Position numbers and translations under genes: made by a program. The notes beneath the pieces were generated by a model. The model ran no database searches. It was given only the letters and a program-made list of their open reading frames with translations, and was not told the DNA's origin. A stretch of 64,000 bases of DNA from Hormiphora californensis (lineage: Eukaryota > Animalia > Ctenophora), in NCBI GenBank assembly GCA_020137815.1, contig CM035350.1, forward strand, positions 1,426,001-1,490,000, read 5' to 3'. Below, in pieces: positions 30,475 to 39,581 of this stretch (position 1 is its first letter; every line of letters starts with the position of its first letter).

Positions 30475-30595
30475 TAGTCAGATAGAAGAGTTCTCATGCA
30501 GGGTACTTGGTAAGGGGTGGGTGTCAAAAAACTTGACGTTCCATCCCTTCCCGTTTTGACCCCTCGAACAAATGCCTTCATAGTCATCATGTGAA
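30475..30595 (-). ncRNA. Long box C/D snoRNA, U15/snR13-like (LSU Am2281) (intron 5)
   Basis: C AUGAUGA; guide AGGCAUUUG-U then UCGA (degenerate D') pairs with CAAAUGCCU; long internal hairpin as in U15; D CUGA with possible second guide to LSU GAAGAGUUCUC. Confidence 0.7.
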
Positions 30596-30743
30596 TCATG
30601 TTGCTATCTCTTTCTCTACTTACATTGTAAAATATCAGTGGACGGGATCACACAGTATCATTCAGACTCCTGGGAGAGAAGGGGGGAAGTCCGGTTAGTA
30701 GAGCGGTGGAGTGCTGCACAAATAGGTAGAATTGTCCAGTATG

Positions 30744-30807
30744 GACTCAGATAATATAGTGAAGTAATCAGGGTGTTCATATGTCCCTATGTATTGTCAT
30801 CATGGTA
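30744..30807 (-). ncRNA. Box C/D snoRNA snR64/SNORD74-like (LSU Cm2337) (intron 4)
   Basis: C AUGAUGA, D' AUGA, C' CUGAUUA, D CUGA. Guide AUAGGGACA pairs with UGUCCCUAU; D'+5 = C2337. Confidence 0.8.
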
Positions 30808-30975
30808 TCAATATCACACTAATATTGATCTAATGCCACCTACCAGGGGAGAGGGATGGGCGGAACCACACAACGTCACTGAATGTTGTGTTTTTCTTTT
30901 TCCGGGCATCTAGAGGAAGAACGTGGGATGTTAGAAATGGGATTACCGGGTGAAATAATCTGTTGAGGTATTTAA

Positions 30976-31043
30976 CAGTCAGACTGACGTACAAAAATGA
31001 TTCAATCATAATATTCTGAGACTCTAGTCGATCATCACCCAAA
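30976..31043 (-). ncRNA. Double-guide box C/D snoRNA: snR72-like (LSU Am876) + snR78-like (Um2421) (intron 3)
   Basis: D guide UUUGUACGUCAG pairs with CUGACGUGCAAA (one G:U; D+5 = A876). D' (CAGA) guide GACUAGAGUC pairs with GACUCUAGUC (U2421). C GUGAUGA. Confidence 0.85.
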
Positions 31044-31221
31044 AACTAAAAGATATAGAAAGGGTTGGAGTTTAACTTACCATTTCTGGCGGGGAAGGTA
31101 GCTGGAGGAACAGTAGAAGGCACTGCCAGTGGATTCATATCTCTTTAGCTGCTTAAAACCTGTAACAGTGAGTTTCGTTAGTTGATGGTTTAGGTTAGTC
31201 TAACTATTGCTAGTAGTTTAG

Positions 31222-31292
31222 AAGTCAGACTGACGTACAAATAAAAATGATTCGATCATAATAATCTGAAAGCTAGTTTATCATCACCCGAA
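31222..31292 (-). ncRNA. Box C/D snoRNA snR72-like (LSU Am876) (intron 2)
   Basis: Paralogue of the intron-3 RNA; D guide AUUUGUACGUCAG intact, D' guide decayed. Confidence 0.85.
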
Positions 31293-31435
31293 ACTAATAG
31301 AATTTTAAACAGTAGCGACACTTACCAGAATGTTGGAGAGTCTTGGAGAGGCAAGTAAGGTGTATCTTCTGAAATTATAACAAAACTTTAGAAACGGTAT
31401 CACAACGGGAGAAGCACTATACTATACTGCTATAT

Positions 31436-31498
31436 AACATCAGGTTTTCTTCTCTACATGTAGTGTCAGTAGTCTAACGTGTAAAAACATCACATGAA
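31436..31498 (-). ncRNA. Box C/D snoRNA snR58/SNORD104-like (LSU Cm663) (intron 1)
   Basis: C GUGAUGU, D' CUGA, D CUGA. Guide CGUUAGACU pairs with LSU AGUCUAACG; D'+5 = C663. Confidence 0.8.
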
Positions 31499-31582
31499 CT
31501 TAGATAATCTGGAGTTAGTTGAACAGAGACTCACCTCAATGTGAGAGCTGAGCGAAACATGCGTATGAAAACTGATAAATCT

Positions 31583-31670
31583 GAGAAGTGAGGGGTGAGT
31601 GAGAGGGATTTGTGAAGAGATGCCGCTCCGTGACCCCTCACGCGGTAGGAAAAACGAGCAATGGATTGGT
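31583..31670 (-). promoter_or_regulatory. Putative TCT/5'TOP start region and CCAAT box of the snoRNA host gene
   Basis: Minus strand TCTCTTCAC followed by pyrimidine-rich CCCTCTCACTCACCCCTCACTTCTC from ~31620; CCAAT at 31665-31669. Confidence 0.55.
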
Positions 31671-31840
31671 AACAGCCTTCAACTTTAGTTTGGTGCGCGC
31701 ACCCCGCGCCGCACACAAGACACGTTGAGATAGTGCGACGTTACACTGGGGCGTGGGGCCACTATAACACACAGACTGGTACCAGTTTTGGGAACTATTA
31801 TTTCATATTTCTAAATCGTACCTGTGTATGTACAATCTGG

Positions 31841-33582
31841 TTATACTAAATCCATCTTGAACACCTCAGCATCGACCGTCTCCCCTCTTATAGCACATGC
31901 CATCAGCCAGTCTTGACTAACAACAGGCACCCCAAAGTTAATAGTTGTCCGGGTAGGCCTCTTTTTCCCTTCAGACACCACCACAGTAGGGGATGGTTTG
32001 CTGTTTTTGGTGTACCGAATTAGGGCCTCCCCTCCCCCACACTTAACAAGTCCACTCCACAGGGTTTTGAAGTCCTTGCTTCCTTGTAGGTAGACGATAT
32101 GGTTTGCAAAGGGGATGTTAAAGGCCAGGCTACCCCGTGCCTGAGGGACCATCTGTCCAGTCAACAGGTCTTTACCTGGGAGGGAGTGTGCTGTTAGAAA
32201 TGGGTGGGGGAGGGGTGGTACAGTATGCTAGAATAACACTATCCGGGTTGTTAAGATCTAAACATTTTGCGGGGGTCCAGCTAGGCAATATGTATGATAA
32301 TACCTCGTGGTAGAAGGTATATGTTAGTTAGGTTGCTAACACGGCACTGGTCTGGGGTCCATCCATTTCTAATAGCATCCTCTATCATAGTCACAGACAC
32401 ACAAGGTATACCTAGGAGGGGAGGGAGGTTGTTAATAGTGGTTAAACTGTCGTGGGAGTGATTAGTTAGTTACTACAGCGAGGGAGTTGCAGTAGTGTCT
32501 AGTTCATCAGACATCATTGGAGTACATTGTTGTTCTTGTATTGTCTAGCCCTCGACAATTTAGCAGCTGCAGTCAGCAGTACTATACTCACCACGTATCA
32601 GGGCCTCAATATATTTCCTGCTGGGACTGGCCCGGTTAGATAACACCACCACATTGTCTAGCTCACCAGGAGGAATGGTATCATACACAAGACCTCCACC
32701 TGCTCTTATCGTACTCTCCAGGTGGTTCTTATCAATATTTGGAGAGTCATCTTCCATCTCGTCTTCACCAGGGACAGGGATACTGAGGACAAAGGATGTA
32801 CCTGGGCGACGTGGGGTTAGTGGCGGGGTGGGGGAAGGGAGGTGGGTAAGTGGTGTGGTTGGGTGGGGTAGGGTTTGTTTAAACGTCAAATAACTGGGAA
32901 ACTCCTATAGTATGAAACCTCGCTACCTTTAAATAGATCAGGCGTAACAGGTTCCTCAATGGTAGGTGTGTTATCAAACACCTCAGGGGCCACCTTCTCC
33001 TCTGTACAGCACTCTCTGATGTCCAGGCTGTTCTTGTTGTAGCTCTCACCGTAACTACTGCCAGTAAATATCTGGGGGAGGGGATGGTTAGAAATCTAAA
33101 CCACTTTGAAAGTTCTATCATGTTAGATCTGGACCTGTTAAACCAAACCAAATCAGTTACCTGGTCATCCTCGTCCTCTGAAACCTCAACAAGTCCAGCT
33201 GGACTGAAGAGGGGTCCATTACCACCTGTCCCAAGGGAAGGGGTTGAACTTGCAAAGACACTCCCTGCTTTAGGTAACAACATCTCCTGAAGGTGTTGAT
33301 GAGTAACATAGCGTGTTACCATGGTAACAAATAGCACTTGCAAGATTTGTACAACTAACTTTGAAGGTTTTAGGAATATCTTACCCTGCAAAACGATGTC
33401 AGCTTCAGAAACACAGCATCCAGATTTTCTAAACCAGTAACGGGCAGGTTCTTGGTCTTCTGACGGCCCGGACCTAACCTTACAGTGACGGATATTTCCG
33501 GGCAGTGTCTGTTCAAAGGGTTTAACTCAAAGCTGGATCGCCCCGATGAATCTGTATCTGAGAATTGGAGTCTGCGATCCAT
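31841..33582 (-). CDS. Tandem-BRCT protein, 53BP1 C-terminus-like (multi-exon)
   Basis: SFVLS...IDKNHLESTIRAGGGLVY...VVLSNRASPSRKYIEALIRG-IPCVSVTMIEDA...YLLPRG and second BRCT ...WSGLVKCGGGE...VPVVSQDWLMACAIRG resemble the 53BP1 BRCT pair. Confidence 0.7.
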
Positions 33583-33701
33583 AGCACTAAGAGATAGAAG
33601 TTCTGAATGACATAAAATAATGTATGATCTATTGATATTAGGTAGACAGTGAAATAAAACAAGTTATTTTGATGGATAAAAAACAGAGAGTTGTTGAGAA
33701 T

Positions 33702-34136
33702 TTAGTTGCCAGCAGCCTGGGCCTTTCGCATCATCTGGAGAGCAATCTGCATTTCTTCCCTCTTCCTCTTTGCTCGCCTGTGGGTACCCAGCCTCTTCTT
33801 ACAGAATTTCAGGGCTCGCTTGTCTTTGTTGACCTTCAACAACTCCATAACTCGCCTCTCGTAGGGACTGAATCCGGCAACCTATGAAGTTAGATAGATA
33901 TCAATGGTTCATTCAAACGAGAAGCCTATTGTTATTGATGTGTGAAGAATGGTTATAACTCTTTTGATATTTTTTACTCTGCTCTTATATCTTACCTCTC
34001 GGATGACTTCACGGATGATCTTAACCCTCTTGGACTTGGCCCCTTTCCTCTGAGAAGGTTTGACCCTCTTGGGCAGTTTGGTGACCTTGTGACCTTTGTC
34101 AAGGCCCACGCACATCTCCATCGCTGGTGGAGCCAT
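33702..34136 (-). CDS. RPL36: 60S ribosomal protein L36 (eL36), 2 coding exons (33996-34136, 33702-33881)
   Basis: [20 protein letters not shown]...IREVIRE|[44 protein letters not shown]. Confidence 0.97.
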
Positions 34137-34570
34137 TGCTAACAAAGGATTATTTGTTTTGTTATAGATAGATTAGGAGTAGATTTCGAATGTGATGTTG
34201 CGGGAGCGCTCTTTCCTTTTTCAACGCGGAACAATTTAACATTCATTGGACTGATTAGGCAATGTTTAGAGTGAAGACACTGGGCAGAGGGTTTTTCAGC
34301 TTGGCTCAGCAATGGACCAAAACACAAGAAAGATTTGCCACACCATTTTATTTCGGTGAACGCTAAACCCATTGGCGATGATGCCACGGCGCAGCCTTTC
34401 CTGACAGTGATACTCCTTCATACATACTGCACACAGAAAGCGTCGCCCTAAGCATCGTCCACGGCGTCGTAGACGCACATCTCTGATATTGAAAGCTTTA
34501 TTTTAAGCTTTTGGACGTCGTGGAAAACGCTTGGCGCGGCCATCCACCAATGTGACGCCTGACGGAACAC

Positions 34571-34701
34571 GCACTAAAGTGCGTTTCAAACGACTTGACC
34601 TGAGATTCCTGGAAATTCAGGATTTCCCCTTTGTAAATACACGCGCAATGCGCCAAATTCCAAGAATTACGGGTCAAGTCGCTTGAAACGGACTTTAGTG
34701 C
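34571..34701. mobile_element. Short inverted-repeat element
   Basis: gcactaaagtgcgtttcaaacgacttgacc ... ggtcaagtcgcttgaaacggactttagtgc. Confidence 0.6.
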
Positions 34702-34825
34702 AAATAATTTACAGAAGAGATTATGATGAACCTAGGCTTAATGTGACAGCCTTCTTTTGACAACCACTAGATAGCGAGTACTGTTAACGTTCCTCCGACC
34801 TCCAGTCTCCACAGGAACGCGAAAA

Positions 34826-35027
34826 TAGGGATCCCTAAAAAAGTTCAGAGTTTACACAGCGTTTACACCAGTTAAGCCATTTCAGTTTTTCCCACGGTAG
34901 CGTGGGAAGAAAAATTTTGAAATCTGCGCTGTGATTGGCTTAAATTTTCCATCGTCAGAAATTTCAGCCAATCACAGCGCTCTGGTGTAAACGCTGTGTA
35001 AACTCTGAACTTTTTTAGGGATCCCTA
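34826..35027. mobile_element. MITE, TAGGGATCCCTAAAAAAG family (copy 2)
   Basis: Same TIR as 5823-6118 with different interior. Confidence 0.85.
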
Positions 35028-35541
35028 TCACACGAGCGGACGCGAAAGAAAGGAAGAGATGTTTTGGTCCAGATTTTAAAATTTATTTGTTTATTAAGCT
35101 GCGCGCGCGGTGTTCGTGCGCATGACACAAAAGCTGCGCTTTATATATTTTTTTCGCGCGTTTCGTTTCAGTTCAATTTCAAAAGTAAAAAAATGATGGA
35201 ACTGAAATTTGTATTTCCACACGCTAAGGTACTATTAAAGCTACGTCGATTCAAATGATGTGAAATATTTTAGCCGTTAAATATCAACCGTACCAGCCAC
35301 TTCTCCCCTCTCTCTCTCTTATATCGGGTTGGACGGTTGGTACTAAATGGAATGCATTTCCAGTTTCCACTACTGTTACACTGTAACAGATAACAGTACT
35401 TAAACAATAAATTAAAGACTGACAGTTTAACTAATCGAAATCATGATCATCGGCACATATTGAATTAATGAATAATGATCGTCCACTTTCAGTATAACTG
35501 TTGGACAAAGGGCTAATTGCATCTTGTAGTACATCATCAGC

Positions 35542-37831
35542 TCAGTTTGTGTTTTTAGGGACGCTGGCCTGGCACGGAGCGATGCCCCCTCTCAATCTCT
35601 TGGCAGCCCGGTCGCGTTTTCCACGGGATCGTCTAGATCTCACTTGAGTCCCAATTCCACATTTTATAGGACGAGATAAGTTCGAATTGGCAGCTAAATA
35701 TGATTTTGCAGACTGCATCAGTGTATATTCACTCGACTGAATTTCATTCTGTAGTTCTGTACGAAGGTAGAAAGGTAGAGATTTCAAGTTCAGTCTGTCT
35801 GCTCAGATCGGGCCGCCAGTTCAGCCGAGAAGCATCTCAGAGGAGGAGAAGACATCGTTGAATGAAACAGCACTCCCACTGTTAACAAATCCATTCACAA
35901 AATCCAAAATGTCGCTCTGAAATGTAAGAAACAACTTCGAAACTAGCAATTTCTCACCCCGGTACTAAAGATATATGTAATAATAAAAATCATTATTATT
36001 CATCATTTGTCCAACTTTTGGTTGGCTTTTACCTCAGAAGTCTGATCCAGCTCCAGAAGTGCACTTTCCATTTCCTCCCAGAACTTGAACACCGTTAAGA
36101 ATTCTGGAAAACTTAGCACCCCTGAAAATAGTTTTGTAACTTTCTCGTGCTTCCTAGATGCGTGATAAAATCTAGCAAGTTAGTAGAACTGGTCCACAAC
36201 ATGTTTTAAAACTTGTAAAAGTTAAAACCGTGAGAGAATGTGAGACTCTGCTGATAAGAGGTACCTTCTGGGTTACAAGCGATAAGACTGGAAACACTCT
36301 CCAACAATTGATCCGTTACTAGAAGCTTCGAGAAACTTTTAACAGTCTCCCCAAGAGTACCAGTTGTTAGAGAGTCGTACCTCGTCTGAAACAGATACAG
36401 TTGATAGGTAGATTTGGCTTGGATAGAAACAATTTGACGGATATATATATCAGAGTATAGTAGTACATCTGATGGTTTGACGGCTAGTATATCCGGTATC
36501 AGTAGACAGATAAATCTCTCAGGCAGCTGCACTCACTTTCATGGCCTTCAGTTTGGCCTCTAGTTTATGGAAGTCCATCTCGGTGGTCTTGTACCAGTGT
36601 AAAAAGAGGGCCATGGCTACCACATACTCCCTCACATCAACCCGTCCATCCCCCTCAAGATCTAGTACACCCGCAGCGTGTTCAGCGTCCTTACTGTCCC
36701 TCACAAGGGTCCTGGCGCTCTCAATTGTAATACTCTCGCTCCCATCTCCCGCTACACTCCGGAATTGTGTCCCAAACTCCGCTATTAGTTCAGCTCCAAG
36801 GAGGGTGGCACAGGGCGACTGAATAAATGGTTTTAAGATGGTCAACAAGATCAAGATTGAGGTTTAGGGATGAGGAAGATTGTGATGAATATCTTACCCT
36901 GTAATTAGGTAGTTTCCTAACAGTGATATCATTCATCACGATTGGTTCCAGGGTGCTCTGTGTTAAGAACATCTCCGAAGTGCCGCTCTGAATTTGGAGG
37001 GATTCCCTTCTATCCAAACCGTCCTGATTTACAAGACTGGGCTGGGGAGGCAGGACGGGGTTGGGTGTCGCTAGCATGCTCTTTATGACAGCTGACCGGG
37101 GTGATAGTTCAACCAAGGCCTGGAGAGAAAACACAGTATTATGATGTGGAATAATAATTAGAAGGCTGGATGCTCAGCTATCTGATAATTCAAGTACCTG
37201 GTTCCTTTCTTGAAGCTTTACAGGAAATCCTGCCATTAGGTAGGGTTGTTCGGAGCGGTGTGGGACAACTTGCTGAAAAAAGGTGATGAAAACCCATTCT
37301 TTTACATCGCTTTAAATGAACTGATAAAAAAAGGGATCGTGTATACACGAATAATCTCGTGTATTAAATGTATTGCGCCCCGGGGCAACGCGCTTCACAC
37401 CCAAAAAAGTCCGGCGCGCTCTCCCTACCGAATCAAATTAAGTGGGACAAAAAAAAAATAAAAAAATTTTGTATCGCGGGAAATTTTTTTTTAGTTAGGC
37501 TGAGCACTGAGCAACTGAGTGGGTGGTCTACGTACTTGTCACCCTTTAGACAGCAGGCAGGGGGAAAGGGGTTTGGGGGAGAGGGGTTCAAAAAGAAAAG
37601 GTAGAGAGCTAGAGAAGAATTGGAATTAAGGTGGATTAGAGGGCAGGTAGTTACTAGTTGAGAAAGATAAGGAAACAGAAAGCCAGTAGATAAGGATTCG
37701 TGTATAATACGTCATGAATGTATTACCATATATTTCCGGGATCGTTCCTTAGCAAGCTCTAACTTGTGTTGTTCAATACGAAGCCTATCTCTGGGGGAGT
37801 GAGGGCACTCCGGACTGGGGTTATTTCGTCG
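35542..37831 (-). CDS. EF-hand-containing protein (partial, multi-exon, likely indel errors)
   Basis: Exons encoding LDLEGDGRVDVREYVVAM (EF-hand loop) and GVLSFPEFLTVF; AG/GT-bounded exons; 5' end lost in low-quality sequence. Confidence 0.55.
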
Positions 37832-39400
37832 CTGAAAAAGGGAGAGAGAAGGGGGGGAGAAAGGGGAAAAGAAGAGAGAGAGGAGAAAAGAGAGGGGGAG
37901 AGAGAGAGAGAGAGGGGGGAGGAAAAAAAAATTTAAAAGGGGGGGTTGGGGGGTTTTTTTTTTTTTTTTTTTGGGGGGGGGGGGGGAAAAGGGGTTAAAA
38001 CCCCCCCCCCTTTTTTTTTTGGGGGGGGGGGGGGTTTTTTTTTTTAAAAAAAAAAGGGGGGGGGGGGTTTTTTTTTTTCCCCAATATTTCCTCCCTCCCC
38101 CCCCTATTTTCCCTTTTCCCCCCCCTCATCTTCTTGCTCTTTCTCCCCCCCTTTTTTCCCCCCCTTTTTCTCCCTCCCCCTCCTTTCTCCTTTCCCCCTC
38201 CTTTTCCCTTCCTTGTCCCCCTTCTCTGTCCTTCTCTTCTCTTTCTTCTCTTCTCGCTCTGTCTCTGTCCTTTTCGTCTTCTCTGCTCTGTCTCTGTCTC
38301 TGTCTCTGTCTCTGTTTTGTCCGTCCCGTCTTTTCTCTCTCGCCTGGGTTTCGTTCTTCCCCGTTTGCCTGCCCCCTCTTTCGCCCCGTTTTTCGTTTGT
38401 TTTTTCTTTCCGTCTCTTCTTGTCCCTTTTTGTTTGGTTCGCTTGCTTTTTTGTTCTTCTGTTGTCCATCCCCCCCATCTCCCCATCCCCATTTAAACCC
38501 CTGCACCTGAGAGTTCCCATAAGAAATAAAGAAGGGGGGTTTTTGAACACGCTCAGGCCCCTTTAAACCCCCAAGGGGGTTTAAAAAGCGTTAGAAAAAG
38601 GGCCCTTCCTACTATCTGTGTGCGGGCACTGAAATATTGTAATTATTAGAGATTTTGCAATATGCTATTTTTAGGTCTTTGGAAGAGGTATGTCAAAAAA
38701 TTGGGATATAACTAGTCTTATTAAATCACCCATTTAAACCAATTGTGTTGTACAAGACAGTGTTTGTGTTGTTATGACGTGGTACTAACTATCAAGTAGT
38801 ATATGGAATATGTGTGTGTGGGTGTCTGCTAAATGGCTGCACGCAGTTCATTTGAGTGCTGCCTGTTATAACACACATAGTTACAAACAGAAGCTGTAGA
38901 ACTAATTAATGAACAGGCCCAATGGAGTCACACATAATTATGTACATCCGGCCTCTTTTTGACACGGGCATATACGTCACATAACACACACCCATCTTAA
39001 TCAACTGTGGCACGGACATTACAATATATTATGTGTAACACGAATAATAACACACTGGTGGGTGTGTAACCATGTATAATACTGGGTCAGAAGGTTGGTA
39101 TAGTTAGCTTGTCAAATAGTATTTTAGCCCTGTAAGAGTATAATTCGCCTGACAGATTTAGTCATACTGAGTGAAAGAAAAAGATGAGGGCATGAAAAAG
39201 AAAGAGAGAGAGAAAGTCTTGTCTGTCATATGCTGGGAGAATTGCAGACAGAAAGAGTTAGGTTGAAATCTCATCAAGGGGTTATTCTAGATTCGATTCT
39301 GAATTTTAGTTACTCTATTTAGTTACTCTATTTTCAGTAACAACCATGAAATGAGGATGAAACAATAGAAAACCTCTGGAGATCTACTCCTCTCTCTCTT

Positions 39401-39434
<34 letters not shown>

Positions 39435-39464
39435 CTCTCTCCTCTCTCATCGTCTACTCTCTCA

Positions 39465-39547
<83 letters not shown>

Positions 39548-39581
39548 CGCTCTTGCAGCTCTTCCTTTATCCCTCAACACA

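Larger units (their letters stand above)
25900..31620 (-). ncRNA. Non-coding multi-snoRNA host gene (UHG/GAS5-like), 23 exons / 22 snoRNA-bearing introns
   Basis: GT-AG introns at 31369-31534, 31160-31325, 30910-31080, 30670-30843, 30401-30623, 30102-30335, 29798-30031, 29530-29704, 29298-29478, 29018-29238, 28789-28961, 28524-28718, 28260-28466, 27813-28195, 27592-27767, 27374-27542, 27139-27305, 26915-27080, 26682-26851, 26458-26627, 26219-26394, 26001-26172. Each has a polypyrimidine tract, usually a YTAA branch-like motif, and one snoRNA-like sequence. Exons 43-93 nt; first AUG gives only a 27-aa ORF. 3' end not defined. Confidence 0.9.

Noticed and set aside
25900-31620. Regularly spaced repeats read as a CRISPR-like array or as micro-exons of a protein gene
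   Set aside because: Eukaryotic context with no cas genes; the repeats are several different snoRNA families inside GT-AG introns; the first spliced ORF stops after 27 codons.
33882-33995. Possible snoRNA in the RPL36 intron
   Set aside because: No convincing C/D or H/ACA box arrangement.
37840-38600. Long ORFs on both strands in a homopolymer-rich stretch
   Set aside because: Looks like low-quality consensus over a microsatellite; low-complexity translations.
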